64,000 nt of DNA from Caecitellus pseudoparvulus (taxonomy: Eukaryota; Protista; Bigyra: Bicosoecida). A program made the position numbers and the translations under genes. Each line of letters opens with the position of its first letter. Positions within the stretch are counted from its first letter, which is position 1. Location of the stretch: the NCBI GenBank assembly GCA_965644315.1, contig CBFFRQ010000027.1:1-64000 (forward strand), given 5' to 3'. The notes under the pieces were generated by a model that saw only the letters and a program-made list of their open reading frames with translations, had not been told where the DNA came from and searched no databases. Shown here piece by piece: positions 31,052 to 41,722 of the stretch.

Positions 31052-34000
31052 ATGCCTGGCAGCTCCCCTCGACCCAGGGCACCACGCCCAATGCCGGGGG
31101 GTGTGCCGCCCCCCCGACCGGGTCGACCACCCCCTCTGCGTCAACAACAAGCGCCGGAATCACCCCGGGCGCCGTCCCCCGCGCGGCCCCCCCGTGCGCC
31201 GCCAGCCTCGCAACCACAGCCGCGAGGGCTGCCGCCTTCAAATTCCGCAGGGAAACTGCACACTGGCGGCAGCTCTGATTCCCTGCTCTCGACACGCAGC
31301 AGCTCCAGAGGCAAGACACCGCCCGCACACGTCCCCCGGCCATCTGGGTCGCCACAGCCCCGAGGTGGCGGCGGGCCGCGACCAGGAGGTGCCAGCAGCA
31401 CGTCGCAGCGCGACCAGGCCACTCCTGCAAGCACCTCCGCCAGCCCCCCCTCACGGGCATCACCCCCCCCCCGCGGCGCGAGCAGCCCCCCTCGCAGTCC
31501 ACGAGGGGGTTCGCCTGCCTCTCCTGGCAGGTCGCAGTCGGCAGGTCGCAGGCGCAGCGTCGCGTCACTGCGCTCCACCACCTCAGCCCGCAGCGGTGCA
31601 AGCAGCAGTAGCCAGCGGGGAGGGGGGGGAGGCAACCGGCTGGGGAGGGGTGGGCCCACCACCCTCGCCCCGCCCCAGCCCTCCTACCGGGCTGCCGACG
31701 ACTCCATGTTCGTGGCGGGGCACGTGTCAGCGCTGCAGGCGTCGTCGGCGCTGCTGGCGGAGTCACTGGAGTGGAACGCTCGACACGTCGTCAGCGATGA
31801 GGTGTCTGCGACCGGCGTCGCGGGGCCCCTGGGTGCTGCCTGGTACAGAGCCAAGCAGGCCGCATCGGCCAGCCAGGGGACTGCCCCGCCGACACACGCA
31901 TTGGAGGGTGCGACGGGGTCGCGTCGCGACGTGCTGCGCGGCTTCTCGCCCTACGACGCGACGCCCACGGCCAGCGAGGTGTGGGAGTACAGGGTGCTGG
32001 GCGACGCGGCTCGTGCGCGGGAGGCGTCTGTGGCACGCCAGGCGGTGGACCAGGCAGCGGCCATTCGAGAGGAAATTGCGGAATTTGGAGAAGGCAGCGA
32101 CCTGGAGGAAGACGACGACGGAGCGGGGTCGGCGGGGGGCGCCGGCGCCGCGACCATGCGCAGCAGTGCGACCGCGGCGCGACGCCGCAGCACGGCGTTT
32201 TTCGCGAGCGACGCGGCCTCCACCATCCTCGGGGCGGGCAGTGTAGCAGGCGGCGCCAGCACCATGTACATGCGCGTGAGGGCCAAGGGCAGCCGGACGG
32301 GGTCGAAACGCATCGTCGCGACGCCGACGGTGATCCCACTGCTGAGCGAGGACACGGACTCGCCCTCTGCGACGCGCCTGCCGCCGTTCGTGCGACCTGA
32401 CCCCAACTCGCACACCGACGGCGTCATCGCCAACATGCGACGCATGGGCGGCGACGTGCGACCCCTCACCACGGGCGGCGGGGGGGGCGACGAAGTGCTG
32501 GACACGTCTGCTCGTGCGTTGCCAGAGGGAGTCACTGACGACGCGGATGCCGTCGCTGCCATGCACTTGGGGCTGCGCCAGAAGTATGGCGAGTTCCTGT
32601 ACGTGCTGCCGGCTGCGGAAGGTGAGGCGAGTTTGTCCGCACACGAGGCGGCCCATGCGCCCATGCCCAACCGCGACACGGCCGCACTGGCAGATAGAAC
32701 GGCTGTGCTGGGGCAGGGCCATGGCGGGGCGGGGTCGGAGGCGGGGCGCAGCGTGGCGGCCGCCGCAACGCAGCGCACGTCTGCTGCGTTTCGCCAGGAG
32801 GCCCTCGCAGGCACGTTCTCCACCCAGTGGGCCCGGGCACATGGGGGGTACTCTGTCGCACGGTCGGCTGACACGTGTGTGGAGGGAGGCAGCGACCCCG
32901 GCGTCGTGGGGGGCGGTCGCAAGACGCCCTTCGCAGTGGACCCCAATTTCGCTCTGTTCCAGGCGCTGCCGGAGGAGGCAGGTGTTCGGGCTCGCCTGGG
33001 GCAGTTGTGGAACACCTGGGCCGATGCGTGGGAGGCGGAGGCGGAGGCGGCGCTGGCCGAGGGCGACGGGGGGTCGGCACGTGCGACCAGCCGCGACGAG
33101 TCTGCGACCTTCGGCAAGCCCCGCTCGGGCGACGACCTCGTCGCGGGCGACATCGTCTCTGGCGAGGGGCGAGCTGGGCAGGGCAAGCAGCAGCAGGTCG
33201 CAGCGCGACGCTTGGCACGTCGCGCCGAGCGAGCCCGTCGCGAGGCGGTCGCAGACGCCGCAGAAGGTTCGCAGGGCGAGGGCGCAGCGGGGCACGTGGA
33301 GGACGGTGCGACGGCGTGGGGTCCAGAGGCCGACGGCTTGGACGCGCCTGCGGAAATTGACGACGAGGAGCAGGGCGGGGACAGCGCCGGGGGGGGGCGA
33401 CTGGCCCTGACTGTGGGCGACGTGACGGGGGTCCTGCGACGTGTCGCGGCCTCGGCGACCGCGCCGACCCCAGAGGAGCGCGCCGCGGGCTCCGTCCCTG
33501 GCGCTGCCGTCGCATTCCGGTCGGCGGCGGCGGGGGTCGGCATGCGACCGCCCTCAGCGGACGCACTGGTGCCCAGTGTGTACACGGGCGCCGACGCCCG
33601 CACAGCGCCTGGTGCGACCTCTGCCGCGACAGGCGCGTCTCGCAGCGGGTCGCGCCTGGTCGCAGGTGCGCCCCTGCCCGCGTCCGCCCCCGCTGGGCTG
33701 GGATCGGTGCGAACTGCCGCAACCGGGTCCACCCACCCGCTGACAGCGGGGGGTGCGGACGTCACGTACGACGCGATGAACGTGTTGAACATGACGACGC
33801 CGACGCTGGTCGCAAGTGCGATGAACGCGCTCAACGGCCTCCTCGACGCGCTGACGGCGGAAACGTCCATGGTACTGGCAGAAGCAGCCACTGGCACAAG
33901 TGGGGGCATGCCCAGTGAGGCGGGGGTGACGGGCGACGGGGGGCCACTCACCGCCCGTGCTGGCATAAGCTCGGGGCAGCTGGAGTTGCTGCGTGCTGAC

Positions 34001-35743
34001 TCGGGGGGGGGCGGCTTCAGTCCGGGTCGACGGGGGGGGGCCCCCTCGTCACCTGGCCTCCGCTCCCCAACACATGGTCGCAGCATGACGGTGGAGTCCA
34101 TCCCTGAAGGCTTCGGGCGCGAGGATGACGAGGAGGAGGCGGAGGAGGGGGCGGAGGGTGTGGCTGCGGAAATTGGACCCTGGGGCTTGTCCACCGCCGC
34201 CGCCTTCAGCCCCGAGCAGCGGCTGCGGGATGAAAAGGCCGCCGCCGCAGCAGCAGCAGCAGTGGCACAGCGACGAGCAGGTGCCTTGGAGAAGGCCGAC
34301 CGCTTGGCCGCCATGTCGCACCGCGTGCAGACGGTGCGGGTCGCAGTCGCCGAGATGGCGAATCGGTGGCGCACCGGCACTGCCACGGCCCTCAAGAGTC
34401 TGGCGCAGCTGGAGCACGAGGTGGAGGTGCGAGGGGAAGCGCTGGAGCTCATGCGGGACAATGCGTGGAACACGGAACAGCACATCGAGGCCCTGCAGAA
34501 ACAAATCTCCACCCTGAAGACGGCCGTGCTGCATGACTTGGCGGAGTCGGCCATGCAGCAGCGGGGCGGAGGCGGCGGTCGCGCGGCGCCGCCGGCCCCC
34601 ATTGCGATTCAAGATCGCGCGTCTGCACCCCGCGTCCGCCGCAGCACCATGGCTGCCATGCCTCGCAGCCCGCACACTGGCACACCCCTGAGCCTGGCGT
34701 CCACGCCGCCGAGCAGTGCTGGGGGTGGTGGTCGGCCAGGCGGAGCACGTCGCATGGTGCGACGCAGCATGGTCGCACAGCAGGCCAAGCGGCGCCTGGC
34801 GACGGGGCAGGACTCCCCTCGGGCCCAGGCTCGCAATGCGGCGCTGCAGGGCGTATTACGCGAAGACCCCCGGCAAGCAGCTGCCGCCGAAGCTGCCGCC
34901 GCGTCGCACGCTGCAGCCTACGACGCCGCCCTTGCCGACGCCGAGACACGCCTGCAGGCGCTGCTGGAGGAACGCAAGGAGGGCACCCCAACCCAGAACA
35001 GTGGCCTGGACACGCCGGAACACCAGCAGGTGGCCAGCATTGTAGAGGCAGGCGGCAGCCCAGCGGACGCAGCTGATGCGTTGCAGTTGGAGCTGCGCCG
35101 TCGACCAGCGCCCCCCGGCGCCAGTGACTCGCCGGCGCCCACTGCGGAGGGCAGCAGTCCCGCCTCCACAGGGCGTTTCGCGGCCCTGGGCGGCTCCCCC
35201 ACGCGCTCCCCCACCCGCCCCGACATTTCCGCCATGTTGAATCGACTGGAGGTGCCACTGGCCGCTGCCACTGCCCGCCGCCAGACGAAGTCGCCAAAGT
35301 CCCCAGCTGTCAAGGGGGTCACATCACCCGCACATCAGACCACGTCTGAGCGGGAGCGTCCCCCGGCAGTGGCCCACCCCCGTCGACTGGAGGGGGGTGA
35401 CGTGGACGTGGGTGGCAGTGATTCCGCACTGCGCGTCGCACCGCGAACGGGCTCCACACGCCTGCAACTGCACCTGGATGAGGCAGCACACGCCAACTCC
35501 ACGTGTGCTGACTTGTGGACGGCGGTGCGAGGTAAGGTCGCACGTCCCATCGCCGCGCTGAAGCTCGTGTTGGACGACGCAGCGGACGAGGCCATGCACG
35601 CCGCCACTGCTGGTGTCAAGGCCAGATCCAGGCGGTATTCCAGGCTGGCCGTGTCCACTCGGCCTCTGCCCAATGGACCTCTGTCACTCAAGGCGGCAGG
35701 GGTGCCGCTCACGCCCACCCTGGAAGTGCACTTTGCCAAGTGA
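31052..35743 (+). CDS. Large low-complexity protein (~1560 aa) with coiled-coil segments
   Basis: 4.7-kb open frame; first ATG downstream of the previous gene's stop is at 31052; coiled coil around 34220-34560. Confidence 0.75.
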   Translation: MPGSSPRPRAPRPMPGGVPPPRPGRPPPLRQQQAPESPRAPSPARPPRAPPASQPQPRGLPPSNSAGKLHTGGSSDSLLSTRSSSRGKTPPAHVPRPSGSPQPRGGGGPRPGGASSTSQRDQATPASTSASPPSRASPPPRGASSPPRSPRGGSPASPGRSQSAGRRRSVASLRSTTSARSGASSSSQRGGGGGNRLGRGGPTTLAPPQPSYRAADDSMFVAGHVSALQASSALLAESLEWNARHVVSDEVSATGVAGPLGAAWYRAKQAASASQGTAPPTHALEGATGSRRDVLRGFSPYDATPTASEVWEYRVLGDAARAREASVARQAVDQAAAIREEIAEFGEGSDLEEDDDGAGSAGGAGAATMRSSATAARRRSTAFFASDAASTILGAGSVAGGASTMYMRVRAKGSRTGSKRIVATPTVIPLLSEDTDSPSATRLPPFVRPDPNSHTDGVIANMRRMGGDVRPLTTGGGGGDEVLDTSARALPEGVTDDADAVAAMHLGLRQKYGEFLYVLPAAEGEASLSAHEAAHAPMPNRDTAALADRTAVLGQGHGGAGSEAGRSVAAAATQRTSAAFRQEALAGTFSTQWARAHGGYSVARSADTCVEGGSDPGVVGGGRKTPFAVDPNFALFQALPEEAGVRARLGQLWNTWADAWEAEAEAALAEGDGGSARATSRDESATFGKPRSGDDLVAGDIVSGEGRAGQGKQQQVAARRLARRAERARREAVADAAEGSQGEGAAGHVEDGATAWGPEADGLDAPAEIDDEEQGGDSAGGGRLALTVGDVTGVLRRVAASATAPTPEERAAGSVPGAAVAFRSAAAGVGMRPPSADALVPSVYTGADARTAPGATSAATGASRSGSRLVAGAPLPASAPAGLGSVRTAATGSTHPLTAGGADVTYDAMNVLNMTTPTLVASAMNALNGLLDALTAETSMVLAEAATGTSGGMPSEAGVTGDGGPLTARAGISSGQLELLRADSGGGGFSPGRRGGAPSSPGLRSPTHGRSMTVESIPEGFGREDDEEEAEEGAEGVAAEIGPWGLSTAAAFSPEQRLRDEKAAAAAAAAVAQRRAGALEKADRLAAMSHRVQTVRVAVAEMANRWRTGTATALKSLAQLEHEVEVRGEALELMRDNAWNTEQHIEALQKQISTLKTAVLHDLAESAMQQRGGGGGRAAPPAPIAIQDRASAPRVRRSTMAAMPRSPHTGTPLSLASTPPSSAGGGGRPGGARRMVRRSMVAQQAKRRLATGQDSPRAQARNAALQGVLREDPRQAAAAEAAAASHAAAYDAALADAETRLQALLEERKEGTPTQNSGLDTPEHQQVASIVEAGGSPADAADALQLELRRRPAPPGASDSPAPTAEGSSPASTGRFAALGGSPTRSPTRPDISAMLNRLEVPLAAATARRQTKSPKSPAVKGVTSPAHQTTSERERPPAVAHPRRLEGGDVDVGGSDSALRVAPRTGSTRLQLHLDEAAHANSTCADLWTAVRGKVARPIAALKLVLDDAADEAMHAATAGVKARSRRYSRLAVSTRPLPNGPLSLKAAGVPLTPTLEVHFAK

Positions 35744-35833
35744 GGGTGGGGCGGATGTGACCGCTTCTGTGGGGCGGTGTCCGCTGCAAGCCCTGCCCAT
35801 GCCAATGCATTCCCAGCAGGCTAGTGCAGGTCA

Positions 35834-37472
35834 CTACCTGTACCTCCGAGGGGGGGATCGCGACCTGTCACGGCCCCGGTGGTGTCTCCGCCGCTCCTCA
35901 TACCGCCGCGCATCTGACCGCCCCTCGTCATACCGCCGCTCGTCATACCGCCGCTCACGACCCCACCTCCCCCTGTCTCCATACCGGCCGTCGTCACGGC
36001 GGCGGTGCGATCTATGGTCGTCCTGCTCATCGTGAGCCCTGCGATCCCCACGGTCGTTGCGCGATCTCCAGTCGTCCCTCCGCCCGCCATCGTGCGTGCT
36101 GCGTTCCGCACGCTGCCCCCCCCGCCCCACCGAGGGGGGGGCATACCCCCCTGATCCAGGAGGGTGCTGGGGCCTTGACGAGACAGGCCCATTTGCAGCT
36201 ATCGCCTGGTTTGGGAGCCCGAGGTGGGCCGCACGCGTCGCTTGGCGGGCGGCGGCAGTGAGTCCACCGGCACCGCCAGCTGCCGCCCGAGCGCGCTGAC
36301 TCCACAGCTTGGCGACGGATTGACTAAAGTCCACTTTGATGCGGCGATCATCTGGGGAGGGGGTGGTGGGGCATGGGTGAGCGGTGTGCACATGCGCAGG
36401 GCGGCGGCAGCGGGTCGCACGCACCGATGAGCACGTTGTTCATCTTGAGGTATGCCGCCTCACACGCGGCGCGGTCCGCGAACTCGATGAAGGCGTACCC
36501 CAAGCTGTCGCCCGTCTTCCAGTCCCGCTGGATCTCGCAGGACAGAATCTCGCCGTGTCTGGAGAAGATCAGCTCCAGGTCTCCGTCGGTGGTCACGGGG
36601 TTCAACTTGGCCACAAACAGCACCGTGTCCGGCGGCGCCAGGTCTGCGTCGGGCAGGTCCCCCACCATCTCCAGCACCACAGCACGGGAACGCGCCTCCT
36701 CAGCCGCAGCTTGCTCTGCCTTGGCTGCCCGGGCCGCTGCAGCCGCCTCGCTGTCCCCCTCTGCTTCGGCCGCGGCGGCAAGTGCGGAATTTGAAGCCGC
36801 AAACTCCAGGCGAGCCTCCACCGTCTCCGCCTCTGGGCGCCCGTCACTGGTGGCCAGGCGTGGTCGGGGCAGTTTGTCTGCGCCTGGTACGCCCGGCGTT
36901 GGGTCGAACAGCACATGGGCGGCGCGGATGCGGACGTCTTGCAGGGGGCGACCGCCCTTGTCAAGGAACAACCCCGACAACACCGGCAACACCTCCGCAC
37001 CCTCCACCACCTCCCCGAATATGGTGTGGGTCTTGTCCATGGCGGGCAGGGGCCGGTCCAGCGTGATGTAGAACTGGCTGGCTGCCGTGTGGGCACCGCC
37101 GTGCAGTGCCATGCCCAGGAGACCGGCACCGGAGTGCTTGCGGCCGGCAGCCCCCACCTCGCTGCGAATGAACCGGTGCGCCTCGCCCTGCACCGCACTG
37201 AGAAAGGGGGGGGGGAAGGGGTGCATAGGGTACGGAGTGTGTGCACCGCCGCGCTGCGCCACTGCGCACCCGTGAATGCTCGTGCCACCACGGCCTGTGC
37301 CAGTCAAATCGCCTGTCTGCGCCAGCTGCCCAGGCAAGATGCTGAAGAAGAGACACCCGTCGTACATGCCGGCCGCTGCAAGTTTCAGGAAGTTCTGGCT
37401 GGCAATGGGGCACTCCTCTGTGAAGAGGTCCACCGTCACCGCCCCCGCTGACGTGTCCAGCAATACACTCAT
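35834..37472 (-). CDS. PPIL4: Cyclophilin-RRM protein (PPIL4/CYP59-like) with an R/D-rich tail, 3 exons
   Basis: MSVLLDTSAG..VDLF..CP...NFLKL, QTGD.TGTG.GG, SQFYITL, HTIFGEVVEG; LEMVGDLPDAD..PP..VLFVAKLNPVT; RDWKTGDSLGYAFIEF; NVLI|DDRRIKVDFSQSV. Confidence 0.96.
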
Positions 37473-37916
37473 GGCTGGCACGGGCGCGGAAATTGCTTGC
37501 TCCCACCCACTCCCTCGCGGAGCAGCGGCCAGGCAGCCACACAGCCTTGCCGGAGCAGCCGTGTGCTGAATTGTGTTCCACGTAAGTTTCTTTATGTTTT
37601 CGTTTGTGCACTGGGCAGGTGCAGGCACATGGAGCGGCAGCGCGCACGGAAGGAGCCAGCCCCCCTTCATCCAGGCGTGAGCCCCCCCCCCTGCCAAACC
37701 ACTCCCAGCCCTGGCCAGGCGGTCGAAACCCCCGTACACGGCACTTCCATCCACCCCAATGCTACTTGCATTCCATTCCTCCCACAACTGCATTGGATGG
37801 CCTGAGGCACCCATCGCCCTGGCCGAATTCGTCACGCTGCCGAGGCGTGTTGGGCTTACCCCTTTGCACCTTGCAGTGCTCGAGAACGGCGCTCCCTGTG
37901 GAACTGGGCAGTCAGC

Positions 37917-40900
37917 ATGGCCGGCCCATTTGCATCTGTTGCACCCCCCCCTCGACGGGGCCTTCCAACCACCCCTGCCCCCTTTCCTGCGCATGCTGTG
38001 GCGCTGGAGGCGGCAGCTGGCGCAGCTGCCCAAGCCACCGCCGACAAAACGGATGTGGCACCGCCTGGACACGCCGCCGGGGGGCAGACGCCGCACCTCC
38101 CCTGGACACCCCTCCAGCTGGCCGCAGCGGCGGGGGATGTGGAGGTGGTGGACCGCCTCATGCGGAGGGGTGGCGCCACCGGCTCCGCACTTGACCTGAT
38201 GGCAGCGCTACTGCCATGTGACGTGCGTACTGCGCCTGGGGTGGCTCGTGACCCCATGCTGGTGCCGTCCGAGTCAGTCATGCAACGCCGCCTGGACGTG
38301 CTGCGTTGCCTGTTGACTCACGGCTGCTCCTGCGATGAGCCCCCGCCACGCCAGGCGACTGCCTGGCGCTTCATCACCATTTTCCGCGCCTGGTCACCCC
38401 TGGCCCTTGTGAGTCACTGGGGCAGTGTGGCGGGCGTGGCCGCCTTGTTGCAGGCGGGTGCCAGCGGCACATCACCACCCCCAGGCCGCATGCAACCCCT
38501 TGTTCTGGCTGCAGCGGGCGGACACACTGACGTCTGTGCTGCGTTGCTGGATGCGGGCGCCAGCTTGCACATGCCCCAAGGCGACGACCTGCTGCCCCTC
38601 CCCGCCGCCGCCGGGTCCGGGTCACTGGACACGGTGCGGTTTCTCGCCGCGAGGTGCGGGTTGCTGGCCCGTGGCGAGCGCGAGCTGCCGCCTGTCAGCG
38701 CCTTCGCACTGGTGGAAGCGGCGACTCACGGCCACAGTGACGTCATGGAGTACCTGCTGGGGCTGGGCGTATCCCCCGACGCAGTGGATGAGGGGGGGGT
38801 CTGCGCACTGTGTGCCGCGGCCGAGGCGGGGGAGCAGGCGGCCGCCTTGCAGCTGCTGGATGCCGGCGCCACGCCCACAGGCAGCAACGAGTCAAGCAAG
38901 GCCCATGATTCGCCCCTGGCGTGTGCGGCCCGGGGGGGGTGTCTCCAGCTCACCCAGCGCCTGCTGGCAGCAGCACCTGTGCACCCGACCACCCTGCGCC
39001 TGGCGCTTGAGGGCGTGAGCAGCCAGGGCAGTCTGCCCTGCGCACAGGCACTGCTGGCAGCCCTGCCAGCAGACACACACCACGCAACCTTCCTACACCG
39101 GTCAGTGCTCACCGCTGCCGAGGCTGGGCATGTGGGCGTTCTGGAGGCCCTCCTGCGAGCAGGCGCCCCGCCGAACGCGAGCAAGCACAACGGCTGCAGC
39201 GCCTTGTGGCTTGCGTGTGTCAAGGGACATGTGGATTGTGTGAAGGTGCTGTTGGGTGCTGGTGCGGACGTGAATGCGGAGACTTCGCGGGGCTCCACGC
39301 CGCTCACCCTGGCTGCGGAGAAATGTGGCAGCGACATCGTGCGCCTGCTGATCGACGCCGGTGCAGACGTGCACGCCATCACAAATGCTGGTACCTGCAG
39401 TGTGTACTTTGCAGCGCATGCAGGCCATGCAGACAACTTGCGCCTGCTGCTGGCGGCGGGTGCGGGGCCTTCTGTGCGGAAACGGAGCGGCGACCTGCCC
39501 CTCATCACAGCGGCGCGAAACGGCCACGCGGAGTGCGTGCAGGTGCTGCTGGAGGCGGGGGCCGATCCCAACGACACCATGCAGACAGGGGCCACCGCCA
39601 TCCAGGCCGCATCACTGCGAGGACACACGGAAGCAGTGCGCGCGCTGTTGGCCGGCGGCGCCACTCCTGACAAACGCAGCGGCAAGAACCTGGGCGCACT
39701 GGGCGGCGCCAGCGAGCGAGGGCACACGGAAATAGTCAGGCTGCTCCTGGCAGCAGGCGTTAGCCCCGATGCCGCGTACGGAAAGAGTGAGAACACGGGG
39801 CTGTGGCTGGCGTCGAGGTGGGGCAAGCCTGACGTGGTGCAAGTATTGCTGGAAGCAGGCGCTGACCCGAACTTCATCACGCACCAAGGGCACAACACCG
39901 CTCTCTGTGCGGCCTGCTGCTACAAGCACTGGGACATCGCAGGCCTGCTCCTAGAAGCGGGGGCTGACCCCAACATCCGCACTGCCGCTGGCAGCAGCAT
40001 CATCTGGCAGGCGGCCACACACGGCAACCTGCCGACGCTGCAGCGCCTGATCGCAGCGGGGGCCGACGTCAACTTCGCAAACAGCAGGGGGTCCACGCCG
40101 CTGTCCGTGGCATCACAAGGGGGGTTCCTGGACATCGTGCGGGCCCTGCTGGCGGCAGGTGCGGAAGTGAACCACCGACTGCAGTCAGGGAACACCAGCC
40201 TCTTCCACGCGGCGCGGGACGGGCACTTGGAGGTCGTGCGCTTGCTGCTGGCTCACGGCGCAGACCCCACCCTCAGCGCGCGGCCGCAGCACCCACCCCT
40301 CGTCATTGCAGCCAGAGGCCGGCACTGGCCAGTGGTGCTGGAGCTGCTGCCCACCGCGACGCCAGGCGGCTTTGCCCTAGAGAGCACGCTGGAGCAAGCC
40401 GCTGAGGCGGGCCATGTGCCGACTGTGCAAGCTGTGATCGACGCGGGGGTGACCCCTGTGGCCGAAGGCGCCATCGCTTGCCTGGAGGTGGCCCTGGCAC
40501 ACGGCAACAACGACTGCGCTCGCTTGCTGCGGGACGCCGGGTGGACCGTGCCTGTCATCAACCCCTTCCAGTCCAAGGCCTTTGCCCAAGTGGGCTGGCT
40601 AGATCCTGGCATGGTGGAGTGGCTTCTGGACCTTGGCTTTTCCGCAAATGCCTCGGACGACGATGGAACGTCCGCACTCATGCTGGCAGCCAACCAGCCA
40701 GGCCCGCACTGCCCGAAAATCATGCAGCTTCTCATGCAGAGGGGTGCAGACATCTGGTGCACCAACAAGCAGGGGCTCAATGCGGTGTGTGGTGCCGTGG
40801 CATTCGGCATTGACCAGCTGCGTGCTCTGCTCAGCGCCCTGCCCGAGGGCACCAGTCTGCACGGCATGGCCGCCCCCCGCCTTCTGGACCTGGCCATGCT

Positions 40901-41600
40901 GCACGAAGATGAGACACAAGTGCTGCCACTCGTCCATGCGTTGCTGCGTGCCGGTGTGCACACGGGCGGCATCGTGCGGAACGGCAGCACGACGTGGCTG
41001 GCCCGGGGCAACCCCACCGCGGCCCACACACAGGCGCTGCTGGAAGTGTTCCAAGGCACGGGCATCTCCTTCCTCCCCGCGCACTGCATTGTGACCATGT
41101 GCCAGAGCAAGGGCCTCTCCGTACCTGCTCTCTGCTGCCTGCTACTGACGCGAGTGGCGCTGTTTCGCTCCGTAGCAGAGCCTGCGGGCATTGCCTGGCC
41201 TGAGGAGGCAGAACGCGAGAACACCGGAGTGCACTTGCGCCTGGACACATGGACGAAGGATGGAATCACTGCCATGGTCAAGATCGAAGTGCCTCGGCCT
41301 GGCCCGGACGAGGACGGGGAGGAGTTGGCTTTCGCGACGAAGCCGCTCCCGCACATGCGCTTGGTGCTCAGTGCCATCAGCTACTTCTGCAACAAAGTCG
41401 CCCAGAACGCCTCTTCTCACAAAGTCATGGGGCTGGTAGCAGAGGGCATCGCTCGAGCGTTCCCTGAGGAATCTGCCGCCCTTGTGGCGGAGTCGTCTGT
41501 CCTGGAGAGCGCCCTGTTGCGAGGTGTGGCACGGCACGGCCGGTGGCACATTCGCAGGCGTGTGGTGCTGGCCATGGCGGCGCTGCAGCAGGGGCGGTGA
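37917..41600 (+). CDS. Long ankyrin-repeat protein (~20 repeats)
   Basis: Many canonical G.TPL..AA..GH...V..LL.AGAD.N units; intronless. Confidence 0.95.
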   Translation: MAGPFASVAPPPRRGLPTTPAPFPAHAVALEAAAGAAAQATADKTDVAPPGHAAGGQTPHLPWTPLQLAAAAGDVEVVDRLMRRGGATGSALDLMAALLPCDVRTAPGVARDPMLVPSESVMQRRLDVLRCLLTHGCSCDEPPPRQATAWRFITIFRAWSPLALVSHWGSVAGVAALLQAGASGTSPPPGRMQPLVLAAAGGHTDVCAALLDAGASLHMPQGDDLLPLPAAAGSGSLDTVRFLAARCGLLARGERELPPVSAFALVEAATHGHSDVMEYLLGLGVSPDAVDEGGVCALCAAAEAGEQAAALQLLDAGATPTGSNESSKAHDSPLACAARGGCLQLTQRLLAAAPVHPTTLRLALEGVSSQGSLPCAQALLAALPADTHHATFLHRSVLTAAEAGHVGVLEALLRAGAPPNASKHNGCSALWLACVKGHVDCVKVLLGAGADVNAETSRGSTPLTLAAEKCGSDIVRLLIDAGADVHAITNAGTCSVYFAAHAGHADNLRLLLAAGAGPSVRKRSGDLPLITAARNGHAECVQVLLEAGADPNDTMQTGATAIQAASLRGHTEAVRALLAGGATPDKRSGKNLGALGGASERGHTEIVRLLLAAGVSPDAAYGKSENTGLWLASRWGKPDVVQVLLEAGADPNFITHQGHNTALCAACCYKHWDIAGLLLEAGADPNIRTAAGSSIIWQAATHGNLPTLQRLIAAGADVNFANSRGSTPLSVASQGGFLDIVRALLAAGAEVNHRLQSGNTSLFHAARDGHLEVVRLLLAHGADPTLSARPQHPPLVIAARGRHWPVVLELLPTATPGGFALESTLEQAAEAGHVPTVQAVIDAGVTPVAEGAIACLEVALAHGNNDCARLLRDAGWTVPVINPFQSKAFAQVGWLDPGMVEWLLDLGFSANASDDDGTSALMLAANQPGPHCPKIMQLLMQRGADIWCTNKQGLNAVCGAVAFGIDQLRALLSALPEGTSLHGMAAPRLLDLAMLHEDETQVLPLVHALLRAGVHTGGIVRNGSTTWLARGNPTAAHTQALLEVFQGTGISFLPAHCIVTMCQSKGLSVPALCCLLLTRVALFRSVAEPAGIAWPEEAERENTGVHLRLDTWTKDGITAMVKIEVPRPGPDEDGEELAFATKPLPHMRLVLSAISYFCNKVAQNASSHKVMGLVAEGIARAFPEESAALVAESSVLESALLRGVARHGRWHIRRRVVLAMAALQQGR

Positions 41601-41722
41601 CTGCGGGCATGTGGGGCGTGCATGGTGCCTGGCGTGTGGTTGGGAGTCAGTGCATTTGGAGCCTGTCACACATGCACCCCTTCCCCGCCCAAAGGCCGGC
41701 AATGCAGACCTCTGGGCGGCCA

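Noticed and set aside
31763-34602. Minus-strand ORFs of 883 and 510 aa
   Set aside because: Antisense to the longer plus-strand ORF, no motifs, expected at this GC content.
36348-38096. 582-aa ORF start as the PPIL4 N-terminus
   Set aside because: The conserved family start MSVLL is at 37472; the upstream extension reads through the promoter and overlaps the neighbouring gene.
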